Below, one piece after another: positions 1 to 13,680 of a DNA stretch of 64,000 nucleotides. This stretch comes from Octopus vulgaris (lineage: Eukaryota). Where the stretch lies: the NCBI GenBank assembly GCA_951406725.2, contig OX597822.1, positions 59,954,001-60,018,000 on the forward strand, in the 5' to 3' direction. A program made the position numbers and the translations under genes. A model generated the notes under the pieces. It was not told the origin of the DNA. It saw only the letters and a list, made by a program, of their open reading frames with translations, and did no database searches. Each line of letters opens with the position of its first letter. Within the stretch, counting starts at the first letter, position 1.

Positions 1-538
1 TGTTGTTATGTAGAATTGTTTGTTTTAATTAAAGAGATAAAAAGGCACCAGTCTCTCTTACGAAATGATTTGGGTTTCCAAAAGCAGTTAAAGCAATTCA
101 TCATTATTGCTTTAACATCCCCTTTTCCATGCTTGCATAGGTCAGGCAGATAGATAAGACCTTGCATCTGTCAGATTTTCAACAGCTGAATACATTTTTT
201 GCTGCCAACCCGCACCTGTCTCCAAGTAAAAAAATATTTCTTGATAGCCAGACATGGTTTTACAGGATACTGGAAATGAATAACACTCATGTGTAACAGT
301 CATGCAGTAGCAAGACCAGGAGACACAATCATGCATGCACACACACACATATATACATATACATACATGTATGCACATATTCATACATGTATACATATAC
401 CCCTCATGTTGCCAGTCTCATCAATTAATTAAATGTGATCATCGATAAATGTTTACTCAATCATCAGTTACATATAATTAAAATTCATTTATTCGGCACT
501 TGTAATAAAAGTCAATTTTGTTCATATTTTTTCACTAG

Positions 539-714
539 GCTTCAAATGTCCTGAAGCTTCAGGTCTTTTCCCTGATCCACAAAGCTGCAGACATTTTTAT
601 CATTGCGACTGGAATATTGCCTACAGAAAGGATTGCCCTGGAAACTTGCACTTCAACAGGGAAAAGCAAGTGTGTGATTGGCAATACAGAGCCAACTGCA
701 ATATTAGAAAATAA
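539..714 (+). CDS. Terminal exon (CBM14 chitin-binding domain) of an upstream copy of the secreted Delta-like gene
   Basis: Acceptor ttttttcactag, phase 1. Reads (G)FKCPEASGLFPDPQSCRHFYHCDWNIAYRKDCPGNLHFNREKQVCDWQYRANCNIRK*, the six-Cys peritrophin-A pattern. One substitution versus 39745-39920 (Ala vs Thr). Confidence 0.9.
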
Positions 715-3700
715 ACAAGGAAACAGAATTTCTATTATTCCAAATAATTTCCCCTGTAGTATGAGAATATGAAGAATCCATTCTACCATATGATAATGAC
801 GGTTTTAATTTGCACATATACTAATGAATATTGGTTTTCTGCAACGATTATTTTCTCTCTAAACATACATATATATGTTTCATCTTTAATGTATTAATAT
901 TCCTGTCTAATTCATATGCTTTATCCTGTGCTTCTTTGCCACAATTCTTCTGGAAGCGTTTGCAACCAAATTTATGCACTACATATCCAATAAATGAAAC
1001 AACAGAACCCATTTCAGATTAGATGAATTAATATTGCTATGAAAATGAAATAAACAAATTACCAGGCTAATTTTAACAGTATGTCTTTGTGTTTCTTGCT
1101 TTTTTGCCTTTATTTATCTTTACATATTTTCCCATCCTTTCCAATCAAGTTTTCTTTGTAGTTTCTTCAGACATGTCACTGTCACATAAATATCAGAACC
1201 AGTGCTGAGATCACACGATAATAGGCATTTTGAACACAGTTACTCTATATTTTTTCTGAATAAACTTTAATATACTATACAGACAGATTTAAATATATAA
1301 GCAGTTATGATTTTGCATCCTCCACCATACAATTAATTTACAACATAGAAGCTCCCACTGTTAGGCACTAAATCTTTCTCAAATTACTTTATTCAATACG
1401 TAAAAACGCTTACTGAACAATGCAGTCTAGTCTTAGATATGCATTGTCTTAACAAAGAAATTGTCAAGTGTAGCTGGAATGTTTTTAGTTATAGGTCTGC
1501 TAGATAAGGACTGACTTGAGGTTACATAACCACAACAGGACAATTTGCTTATGAGGAAGCTTTTGCTGTTCGTTGTGTTGTACGTTTTTTGTAAAGGTCA
1601 GTAGTTACCATGTTGATAACTGTCTATAAAATGTAAAAATCTGTTATCATTGTGTCGCAGCAGTTGATCAATTGCACATTATAAGATAGAATCATTAGTA
1701 GTGATACAATTTCTGTAAGAGACATTACCAGCTGGAAAACAAGCTTTTAAATGGATAACAACATGTTTCAGGAAAACTTTCCTAAAGCTGGTACCTTGGA
1801 GAATTTACCACTGTTGGCACCAGGATATAGACAGTCTGATTATTTTTTATGACAAAAATTCAAAAAGTGTAGTGATATTCTATTTCAAAAAGTGTAGTGA
1901 AATTAATTCAAATTAATGTTTTTCCAGCTTCCATTGATCACTCGGTCGATTGATTACTGGATTGATGAATGAATGGATGGAGAGAGGGGTACGTGATTGG
2001 GGAGAAGGATGGACATGTACATTCGTACATACATACAAATATGAATGGATGGATAAATACATACATGCATACATACATATATGTGTATGCATGCATTCAT
2101 ATAGAAAAGTTAAATAAACTACACACAACAACCAATAGTTTTCAAACTTAAATTTATTTCACTTCAAGAGAACATAAATTGGCATATTTGATGCATTTGA
2201 GAAAAATAATTTCAGTTGGATATCGTAAAAATAGTTCAATTTATATATCAACAACCTGAAAATTACCTGTTTTATTTTACTTCAAATAATTTCACGTGAA
2301 CTTGAATTATTTACTGATTTATTATTTGCTTTTCACTGATGAGGAATAGACATTTTAGAACTGGACCTTGTACATACACAGGTTAAAGATTGGTTGTTCT
2401 TTCAAGATCATTATCTAGAAAAGAATTTAGATTTTTAAAGTTCTTATAAAATAAATCTAATTTGTTTAGTTCTTTGCATTCAGAATACTGTGTCAAATGT
2501 AATGTTTATTCATATTACTTAGAATTAATCACGTATTGTATTGAAGCTTAAAGGTGTAAATGATATGATTATTTATTTTTAAACGGACATTGTAGGATAA
2601 GTGTAAAAGACCAAATTTGGCCACTTTCAATATAAAAGAGGTAGAATATTATGGATGATGTAAATGCTAAAGGGTTGATTTTCTTACCATTAGAAGAAAA
2701 AAGAGTGAACATATTGCTGTATGTAAATAGTATGAACAATTTCTCTTACTAATGTGTACAAATTATCTAAATTTATACGAATTTATAGCAAAGCTAATAT
2801 TTTCCTAGTCATGCTAAATCTGTAATACATTAAAAGGGAGCTTGAATCTTGCTTGCATTCTTGCTTGCTATGTTTCCCTGCAAAACTGAAATGTGAATAT
2901 GAACGGAGTAAAACAAGCCTCAACTGGAATGTGAATATGAACGGAATAAAACAAGTTTCACGTAAACCGGACAACTGGTTGTTGAGATATTACTGGTTTT
3001 CGGTGTAAAACGGTACATAATGAGAAATACTCCGAAAATAGCTTAACTCTGAAACGGAAGAAACTCTAACCTTTCGAATAGACACAGTGACTTGACAACG
3101 AATTATTTTTTACAGTAAATGTTTCTATTTTCGCTTTTGTTCAATATATTTTAATCATTTAGAAATATTTTTAAGTGAATGTGATTTCAAAAATGTAACT
3201 TATTTGAACGGTAAGTATTTATATTTTAGCTTTCTTGAAACAGACAGTATTTTAATGATTTTTAAAATTTTCAAGTAAATACCATTTCAAAAACGTTTTG
3301 GCATATTTAAAAAAGATTTGAAAGTGAAAATGGCTTTAAAAATACGGTAAATATTTCGTAAAAGACCTGTTCGTAACCTCGGTGTGAAATAATTTTTTCC
3401 ATAGGTTATTTTCGGGTGCATTCAACGTATCTCACCTCCAAAGATTTGGCTGCTATTTCTAGCAAGCCCTGCTAACACGTAAAGGACCCGAAATACCAGT
3501 TACGTGGTAGAGGGGCATGCAAGAAATAACAGCCAAATCTTTTTTTTTCTGAGGAACATACATACGTGTTAACTACATCCTAAAAATATTGGAAACTGGC
3601 TCCCTCCTCAGTGGAAACTTTATAAAAATTAAAAATTAGAAGGGACATACATACATACATACATACATACGTACATACATAAGAATAAGAGTGACAAAAA

Positions 3701-3744
3701 GAGGGAGTGTGTATGTGTGTGAGAGAGAGAGAGAGAGAGAGTGA

Positions 3745-3795
<51 letters not shown>

Positions 3796-3989
3796 TGTGT
3801 GTGTGTGTGTGTATTCGCTGAGAGCAAGAAAAACAGTGACTGAACGCAGCTGCTATCTTCTTCTTCCAATCAGGACTCACGACATTAGCCACAAAAAATA
3901 ATCTCTAATTCGAGCCTACTCTAAACTACTAAGAATGCATGTGGCAACTTGAAGATCCACCTACCACACACGATAGACTGGCGGTTGCA

Positions 3990-4340
3990 CTGGCGCGAAA
4001 GCTACGTTGTTATTCTCATTCCGTAAACGGTGGCTTTTAACAGGTGGAGAGCTGAACCATCCTGGGGTACAGAGGATTCGCAATCTAGACTAGGGACTGA
4101 AAGTTTACCACACCATAGTGGGTTACACCATGGTTCCTCTGATTTGTGGCAGAAGTAGGGAGAAAGAGTGAAAGAAAGTGTTAGTAAAAGAGTACAGCGG
4201 GCTCATCCACTTCCCAATGGAACCTCGTGGAGCATAGTTGATTTTGCCCAATACACACTCACAATACCCGATCTGGGAATCGAAACCGCATTCTTACGAC
4301 CGCGAGTCCGCTGGCCTAACTACTGGGTCATTGCGCCTCC
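3990..4340 (-). mobile_element. tRNA-derived SINE (second copy ~43195-43545)
   Basis: The minus strand begins GGAGGCGCAATGACCCAGTAGTTAGG...GCGGTTTCGATTCCC, with A/B-box-like motifs. The 3' boundary is approximate. Confidence 0.6.
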
Positions 4341-4639
4341 ACCGCAGCTGCTGTTTCACTTGATTTGTGAAATTGCACGCTCTTCATTTAGAACAAACAG
4401 TCGATTACAAGAGTTCTCAAACGGTAAGAAAATCATCATTCAGTTACTTTCTGAAAGGATTCAGGGGAAACAATTGAAGTGGACAGGGTCTGAGTCATTT
4501 ATTTTAATTGTGTATAGGGAAAGAGATCGAGTTTAAAAAAACATAGGTAGATAGATGGATAGACAGAGAGAGAAAGAAAGAGAGAGAGGGAGGGAGGGAG
4601 TGAGTGAGAGAGAGATAGGCAAACTGACACAGATAAGTT

Positions 4640-4710
<71 letters not shown>
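4640..4710. repeat. (GATA)n microsatellite; about 3x longer in the duplicate (~43848-44060)
   Basis: Direct inspection. Confidence 0.95.
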
Positions 4711-4711
<1 letters not shown>

Positions 4712-5000
4712 CGCAGAGAGTAGTTTATTAAGGTTTAACAAGGGAAAACGAATATTTATTCGAAAGTTTTCCTCAAAGAAATTTAAAGAACGGTGATTGA
4801 AAATTTTCTTTCCATTCCGTAATAAATTTCTTTGATAAGACACTTATTTGGTGATTTTAAAAGTTTTATCGTTATGTTTGTGTACATTCATACACACACA
4901 CACACACAAGCACACGCACATACATACATACATACATACATACATACATACATACATACATACATACATACATACATACATACATACATACATACATACA

Positions 5001-8000
5001 TGATGATGGCCGTCCACTCGTGACCGAGGAAGACCGTTGCCGACCTTCAGGAACATTGTGCGCTCTAGGACTAACTTATATTTTGCATTTGCGGCTCCGT
5101 TGGTGGCTAATGAGCCCTACTCTTGACAAGCATACACGACTGCAAACATTGCAGACCAAGCTTTCCCCATTTCACTATACGAGCCGTGCGCTTTCGCGCA
5201 GCTCGCTTAAGTTCTTCATGCTGGATACGTGCTCTCTCAAAAGTGTCGGTCCCCTCCTTAACCTGCTTCCTCCATCTGTGGCGATGACAGGCATTGTTCT
5301 CCCAGTCAGTGTCCTGCATATCAAAGGCCTTTAACGAGGACTTGACACAGTCCTTAAATCGCAGCCTTGGTTTCTGCCGGAGTCTCCTTCCATTCACAAG
5401 TTCTCCATAGAGCATCTGCTTAGGAATCCTTCTATCCTCCATTCTAATAAGGTGTCCAGTCCAACGCAACCGTTGCTTGTGTACCATCGCCTCAATACTC
5501 AAGATATCAGCTGTCCTCAGGATCTGTGTGTCTAGAATTTCTGAGGTCCAGCCAACATTGAGAATGTGTCTGAGACATCTCTGATGAAAACGTTCAAGGA
5601 CCCTGACCTGACATTTGTACAGAGTCTATGTCTCACATGAGTAGAGAAGCGATGTCAGTACACAAGCACGGTACACAGCAACTTTTGTTCTCCTTGCGAT
5701 GCCATGTTGGGACCAGACACGAGACTGAAGAGACCGGAAGGAATTAGTTGCTCTCTGCAACCTGAAAGATATTTCCTCATCCAGGGAGCAAGAACGGCTG
5801 AGTGTGCTGCCCAGGTAGACAAACTTGTCTACTACCTTCAGAATCGTTCCTTCAACCAAGATAGCTGGTTCTATATATGGATTTCCTGGTGCAGGCTGGA
5901 ACATTACAACAGTCTTGTCCAGGCTAATGCTGAGTCCAAATGCCCTGCAAGAAGAGGAAATGCAATTCATGAGTATTTGCATGTCATCCACTGTATGAGT
6001 GACTAAGTCACAGTCATCTGCATAAAGGAGGTCACGAATAATAGACTGGGAAACCTTTGAATTGGCAGCAAATCGGTGAAGATTAAAGAGGCGGCCAGAA
6101 GATCGATATCTGACATATATTCCCAGAGAGCTAACCCTAGCAAAAGCATGAGTAAAAGTAGCAGCAAAGTACAAAGAAAAGAGAGTTGGGGCAAGGATGT
6201 CACCCTGCTTAACACCATTCTCTACAGGAATGGGTCCTGCCATGGCATCACCAACATTGACCCAAGCCTCCATCCCATCATGAAATGATTTAATTATTGA
6301 TACAAAGTGATCCGGACATCCAAGTTTGCCAAGTATTTTCCATAGAAAGACCCTATTTACAGTATCAAAGGCCTTAGTTAAATCAATGAATACCTGGACA
6401 AGATACATATTCTGCTCATAGAACATCTGCATCTGTCTTGCTGTGAAAATCATATCCATTGTCCCTCTACCTGATCGGAAGCCACATTGAGATTCAGATA
6501 GGGCATCATTTACGAGACACCCATTCAGACGGGTAAGAAGAATATTTGCCAGAACCTTGCCGGCAGCTGATAGTAGAGCAATACCTCTGTAGTTACCACA
6601 CATTGTTCTGGCTCCTTTTCCTTTATACAGAGGAAGAATAATTGCATCCTTCCAGTCCTTAGGGATTGCACCATCCCTCCAGACTGCACTAATAAATTCA
6701 TGAAGGGACTGTGTGATACAATTACCACCAAATCGCAAGACCTCAGTACAAATTCCATCCTTTCCAGGTGCCCTACCAAGATTCAATTTACTTATTGATG
6801 TCATTACTTCATGTATTGGTGGCGAGGAGTCTAAGGAGTCAATGATAGGTCTTTGTTTCATAGTATCAATCACTGTTTCATCCACAACTGACTCATGGTT
6901 TAGGAGTTCAGAGAAGTGTTCGATCCAGCGACCTGTGATTTCTGTTTATTTAGTAAACATAGTGGAAGACTCCTTGGAAAGCAAAGGAGCTGATGTGGAG
7001 CTCTTAGGTCCATAAGCTCGCTTCATAAGATGGTAAAGCCTCTTGCTGTCATTTGCATCAGCAGCAGCCTAAACATCACGAGCAAGATCCTCCCACCAAG
7101 TGTTCTGCATCTTCCTGAGAGATCGCTGCAGTAGTGATTTTACACTGTTATAGTGGACAAGAGCTAGACTTCGCTGCACAGTAGACAGTTCTCTGTGCAG
7201 CAACAAACACACTGTGGGCATGACGCTTCACCACTAATAGTCGTTGAATTTCAGCATCATTCTCATCAAACCAGTCTCTGTGTCTGGCAGTAACATACCC
7301 CAGTGTTTCGGCTGCAACCTGGTCTCGAAAATCTTCCCATCCTGCAGCAGTTTCAATGCTGGACAAGCGAGTCTGAAGCTCTTTCCTAACCACAACGTCA
7401 TATACCTTGTGGACATTTAGACGGCGAGGAATGCTGACTGGTCCTCTTCTCTCTTTCGCCCTAATCACCATTCGGAACTTTGCTCGCACCAGACTGTGGT
7501 CTGTCCAGCATTCTGATCCATGCAAGGACTTGACATTACAAATGTCATAAATGTCGCGCTTGCGGATGATGACGTAATCCAGCAAGTGCCAAACTTTGGA
7601 CCTTGGATGCATCCATGTTGTTGTGTGATCACCTTTGTGCACAAAATGAATACTTTCAATGTAAAGTCCATGTTCTTCGCAAAGCTCCAGTAGCATGAGA
7701 CCATTGCTATTCATTTTCCCTACTCTAAAACGTCCTAGAGAGTTCCATGTTTGCCAGTCTGTTCCTACTCTGGCATTAAAATCCCCCAGTAGAATAACTT
7801 TATCAGAATTGGGGATTTTTCTAAGTATGGCTCTCAGCTGGGTACAAAAGATTATTTTATCTTCATCACAGCTAGTCAAAGTAGGTGCATAGGCACTTAT
7901 TAGAGTAGCAAACCGCTTACCTTTCAAGTGCAACCGTAGGGTCATTATACGTTCATTTATAGGAACAGGGAGCTCTTCCAACTTCTTCAGGATATCAGAT

Positions 8001-9210
8001 CGGACTGCAAAACCAACACCAGCCTCTCGGCGCTCCTCCTTCTGCCTTCCTTTCCAAAAATAGGTGTATCCGCCTCCTACTTCCTCAAGCTGACCATCAC
8101 CTTCTATACGAGTCTCTGAGAGTGCAGCTATATCAATTTTATAACGGTTCAGCTCACGAGCAACAAGTGCAGTGCGTCTTTCAGGCCTGCAATCACTCTT
8201 GTTGTCCAACAGAGTACGCACATTCCAACATGAAATGTTTAAGTTCCGTCCAGATTTTATAGATAAAAGATTCTTTGTTTTTCGAGCGCAGGTTGGACAT
8301 CCGTCAGTCGCGCTAAACTGACCAGATATGGAAAGACTGGCAATTTTTGGTTCACCTTTTCTAGAACATCCCCGGTCTCCAGGTGAGCAGTGCCCTCTCC
8401 AAATGGAGCTGCTCAGACACCCATGCAGCAACCGAATCCTACCGCTGTCTTGGGCGACAAGGAGACGACTTTATATCTAGCATGGGTCGCTGACTACATG
8501 CTTCCAACCCGTCAGGTCTGCATGCTTCACCACCTTCCCATCGCCGCAGGACTTCCGAATAAAAAAAATTAAAAATATATATATATATATACTAAAAATG
8601 AAGAAAATATATACTAAAAATAAGATAGATATATAAAAAAAAAAGGTCGTCAATGCCTGTGCAGAGTTTAAGGTCCAATAAGGCTTGCACAACACCTCAT
8701 AGACCCTCTCCACTCTATTGACATTATCCAGAGACAAGCCGGAGCAAGATGTCTGGTGCCAATATTAGTCGCAGGCTCAGGGATGTGGGAGCGCCGTGAT
8801 CTCTAGCACAAACCAAAGATCCCCAAAATGTTCAATGCCATTCCCTGCATATCTGGTTTTATATCAGGTAAGCGGTTTGCTACTCTAATAAGTGCCTATG
8901 CACCTACTCTCAGAGACGTGCTTTAACAAAAGCTGAGGGGCGCCTCACTCCCAGTGGTCTTTCAGCACGCCGGACACCACCCCGGAATTTCTATGTACCC
9001 GTGCTAACATTTATTGGATGGCCGTTGACTCTCAAGAGGTCCTCCGCCCTTTGACGGGTTTTGTTTTTCATCCCGCAGGGTGTCCAACAAACACCCTCCT
9101 CACCAAGCAAGGTTAGTGGGGTTGCCGGTTTAGTCGCCGACGACCCGACCATGCAACAGGTTGTACTGGGTTACATGTTACCAGTAGCACTCGAAGGTGA
9201 CCTGACAGCA
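5001..9210 (-). mobile_element. RTE-clade LINE, near full length, disrupted; copy A
   Basis: ORF 7148-8431 is an APE endonuclease (WNVRTL, ALSETR, AYAPT, GDFNARVG, TDH). ORF 5626-6885 is RT (ESQCGFR, FIDLTKAFDTV, GVKQGD, YADD). C-terminus RLRWTGHLIRM at 5107-5502. Stops and frameshifts present; flanked by (TACA)n on both sides. Confidence 0.95.
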
Positions 9211-9244
9211 ACATACATACATACATACATATATACATACACAT

Positions 9245-9590
9245 GCTTTACTTGTTTCGGTCATTTGCCTTCCGGATATTTGTTTCAAATCACTGCCTTG
9301 AAGGGTTTTCGTTGAACAAATCGACCCCCATGGCTTATTTCTTTTAAGGACTAGTACTTTTTCATTCGGTTCTTCTGCCGAACCGCTAAGTTACGTTGAC
9401 GTAAAAACTCCAAAACTTGTTGCCAAGTGTAGTGAGGTCCAAAGAAGAATATGGAGACACACACTCTCACACACACACACACACTCGTACATACATATAT
9501 ACATACGACGGGATTCTTTTAATTACGTAAACACACCAACACCGCTTGTCAGGCAGTGGTGGGTAACAAATACAGAACAAAGACACACAC
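9245..9590 (-). mobile_element. Degenerate Octopus-type SINE fragments
   Basis: Similar to the SINE at 23215-23634 (tacttgtttc.gtcattt, aaatcgacccc, gccgaaccgctaagttac, gtaaacacacca). Confidence 0.65.
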
Positions 9591-10743
9591 ACATAGTTGT
9601 ACATATATATATATATATACATAAATTAGAGAAAAAACCATTATTATGCAATTCAAACGATGATAGACATAAAACAAATCATAAATAAAAAATAAAATAT
9701 ATATTTTTAAAACATATAACTAGATCATAAAAGTATAAAAATGAATAATCAATATATAATAAGTAAAAAAATACATACATTTCATCGCTATAATTAAATT
9801 CGAAATAAAATTTAATTTAAATTTAATTAAAAATCAATTCAATTTAAAATTATAGTCACTCTTCAGGTTAACAATAATAGTTAAATATATAAGCAAATAG
9901 AGTTAAACAATATTTATTAAATAAAATATAATAATGATTTTTCTTATAGAATTGATGAGAATAATCGGAGTAATAATAACTTAAACGCTATCTATATAGG
10001 GTCTACTTCTTCTAAAATTAAATTAAGAGTAGCTCAGCATATGCATTCCTTTAAGAATAGAAATCTTATGAACACTACTGGGCTTAGTAAATATATATAG
10101 GAACTAAAATCCTAACGAATTAAGTATAATTTAAAGTGGGAGATAGTTTGCAATGCGAAATCATATAGTATAGGTAGTAATTCCTGTTTATTATGTTCTA
10201 GTGAATTTAAAGAAATAAAATTTAATAATCATAATAAGTTAGGTAATTCATTGGACGTGCTTAAAATTAAATGTAGACACAAATTACTTTACTTATATAA
10301 TAAATTTTTAGATAAATAGCGACTATATTTAAACCCTATTTTTGTTTCTAATTTGTAGTTATAATTTGTACTAGAATTAATTCAATAATTTAGCATGTGA
10401 TTATATATTGTATATTACATGATTGAATGTCTAAATTAAATATTTATAATTAAATTAATTAATTAATTAATTAATTATAGGAGTGCAGTGGTTGTAGTTT
10501 TGTAGGGTGTTTTGAATATAAGTCAATAAGTGTTAGTAAAGGTTTTTTTTACATAGAGTTAGATTATATTTTGATGTTTATTTAATTACTAAATATATAA
10601 TTCATTTAATGAATATAGACTAAATGATAATTATTTCATTATGTTGTTGTTGTTGTTGATATTGTTATTATTATTATACTTATCATATGTGTACTAACAT
10701 TAATAGTATTAAGTATTTTGTGGGGAAAATAGTAGTTTTAGTA

Positions 10744-10744
<1 letters not shown>

Positions 10745-10774
<30 letters not shown>

Positions 10775-13680
10775 CTAGTTTCAGCTCATGAGCTGTGGCC
10801 ATGCTGGGGCACCGCCATTTGGTGTTGCTACTTGGTTTTACTTCACGAAAGCTTTTTAGCAACTGCCATTTGGTGCATGAGAGAGTTCGATGCAGCTGCC
10901 CTCATCTGCACCTCCTGCCGTGAAGTTGGTTCATCTGGGACACCTGACAGGAAGAGATCCAGTTCCATTTTAAAGACACATCATGCAGGTCTCTCAGGTT
11001 CTTTGGGAGGATATTGAAGAGCTGTGGGCCACGGAAGCCCAGGCTATCACAGTATCTTGTCCTACATCTTGATGGCAAATTTGGAGTCCTAGGCACCACG
11101 CAGTGGCGCCCAGTTCTGGCATTTGTGTAACTCTCGATGCCAAAGTTTGGGACACGTCCCTCCAGGATCTTCCAGATGTATATTATGGCATATCTTTCCC
11201 GCCTACGCTCCAAGGAATATAGTTTTAATCTCTTGAGTCTTTCCCAGTAGCTTACATTCTGCATAGAGGCTATCTTCTTCGTGTAGCTACGCTGGATCGC
11301 CTCGAGCTCTGTGATCAACTTGACACTGGATGGTGACCATAACTGAGAGCAATAGTCAAAGTGGCTTAGGACAAGTGTCCTCCAGAGGACCATCATGGTT
11401 TCTTGTTCTCTTGTTCTAAAGGTTCTGAGAATCCATCCGGCCAGTCGTCTACATTTCATTGCCAATTTAGCAACATGAACACGAAAGGTTGCGTCATCGC
11501 TCATGTAAATACCCAGGTCACGCACTGATTGTGCCTCTGGGATTGCTATTCCTCCGGGTCCAGTGTATTCATTGGGTATTGTATTTAGTTTTGCATGCTG
11601 ATAGTATAAAGCTTGAAACTTTTCAGCATTGAACTGCATGCTATTCTTTTCAGCCCACTTGTATATTTCGTCCAGCTCACATTGCAGGTGCTTAGTGTCT
11701 TCAGGGTTCTGTATTGCCTGTGAAACTTTTGTATCATCTGCATAACTTGTGATACCACCTGACTTCTATTCTTCAGAAAGTCATGAAGCCATTCTCCCAA
11801 TTTTCCAACTATGCCAAGATCACGCAGTTTGTGACATATCATTCCATGATCGACTTTATCAAAGGCCTTTGCAAAGTCGAGATATATGACTTCCACATTT
11901 GAGTGGTTGAGCAGTTGTTTCAGCACCCAGTCATAGTGTTGTAGGAGCTGAGTTAAACAGCTTCTTCCTGGTCGGAAACCATGTTGGGTGTCAGGCAGCA
12001 AGTCATTTTCTTCAAGGAAGGTGATTAGTTTCCTTCTGACTATTCGTTCCATGACCTTGCTGATGTGTGAGGTGAGAGAGATAGGTCTGTAGTTCTTGGC
12101 CTCTGCTCTGCTACCACCTTTATGAATAGGGCATATTTTACCTTCCTTCAGTTTTTTTGGAAGTTTGCCAGCTGCTAGGAAGCTCTGAAAGAGGATCTGC
12201 AGTGGTCTTGCTAGGACTCTCTTACATACTTTTAGGAGGATTGCCGGGAATCCATCGGGGCCAATAGCTGATTCTGTTTTCATTTCATCTATGGCCTTTA
12301 TTACATCGTCTTCCTTTATATCGATGTAATTTATCGTCGCCGCCTCTGATTTTATATCTGCAGTGGTAAAGAAGTCAGTTGGATTGGTGATTTGGAAATG
12401 CCCGAGGGGTGGAGTGAAAACACTCTTGAATTGCTCATTCAGTATTTCACTTACCCTCATTGGTTTTCCTGTGAGTGTGCCATCCTCTTCAAGGAGTGGC
12501 CCTATCCTACAGTGCACCGTAGCTGTTTCTTTGGCATACCTGTAGAAAGCTCTGGGGTTAGATTTTATGTTGTCTATAGCCCAGGCTTCTTTTTGTCTGC
12601 TCTTTCCTTTTCATGGGAGAGTTGCAGACATTTTTCAATTTCCAACAGTTTTATTTTCAGGCGGGACTTTTCACTGCTTTCAATCTGTTTGTTTAGGCGA
12701 TTTGAAATTTTTGTACGCCGTCTCATTAAGATTTTCCTCTCTCTGGGGATTTTGTTCTTGTGTACAGTGGCCTTTCTCTCTGGGACACATTTGTAGCATA
12801 TGGCTTGCGTTACAGACATGAATTGTTGAAGTTTCACGTCGATGTCTGGCGAGGAGAGACATTTAGGCCAGTTTTGTTTGAGGATCTCTTTCTCAATTTG
12901 TTTCCAGTTTGCCTTATGGTAGTTCAAGCTGGAAAGATTCTGAGGGTTTCTTGTAGGCTGCATGTCCGTGCTCTCTTTTGGCCCGTACATGGTCAGCTCT
13001 ACCATGTTGTGATCCGAGAGTAGTGTCGGTGTCACTTTCACATTATGGATGAGATCCATATTATTTGTGAAGCAGAGATCCAGTGTGTTACCTGCCCTGG
13101 TTGGTTGGAGTATTACTTGCTCCATGTACAGGGTGTTGATGAGGTTCAGGAGGGACCTCGCCTGTCCTCGTTCACATCTTGTCATTCCTGGGAGAGAAAG
13201 GCCCTCGGGCCATCTGACATTGGGTAGATTGAAGTCTCCCATAAGAAGTACACTTATGTGTTGTTCTAATGTGATTAGAACTTCTTCTATTTTTATAAGG
13301 CAGTCTTCAAACTTGCCCACATGGCTTGGGGCATCTGGAGGGCGATATGTAGCACACACAACTACATCAAGTTGCCTTATATGTACAATTAGTGTGTCAC
13401 ACACCGAGTTTGAGTATGACAAGAGGACCTGGGGTGTGAGGTCCTCACGGATGTACATAGCTACTCCTCCATGACTCCTTTCTTTTCTGTCGGTCCGTAG
13501 TACAACATACTGTGGTATGTGTAACTCCGCATCTGCTATGTCCGGTTTCAGGTGCGTTTCTGTAAGTGCTATGCATAAGGCTTGATTGCATGCAACAAAG
13601 TCTCTCAAGAACGGGATCTTTGTCCTGTTACTGAGTGTTTGCAGCCCTCTGATGTTCAGTAGGAGCATCGAGGTGAGGTG
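10745..13680 (-). mobile_element. CR1-group LINE ORF2 (APE+RT), 5'-truncated, copy A
   Basis: ORFs 12574-13668 (LTETHL, GDFNLP, SDH), 11585-12517 (NYRPISLTS, QHGFR, YLDFAKAFDKV) and 10902-11639 (YSLERRRER). (AATC)n tail. A 127-bp deletion removes the GVPQG motif. Confidence 0.93.

Noticed and set aside
559-789. 76-aa minus-strand ORF conserved in both duplicates (also 39765-39995)
   Set aside because: Antisense shadow of the CBM14 exon; conservation is explained by the recent duplication.
4168-4536. 122-aa ORF conserved in both copies
   Set aside because: Overlaps a SINE in antisense, has a non-ATG start and no recognisable domain.
9060-9210. Possible HDV-like or twister ribozyme at the RTE 5' end
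   Set aside because: The region is GC-rich and structured, and such ribozymes occur in RTEs, but I could not build a complete fold by eye; needs a covariance-model search.
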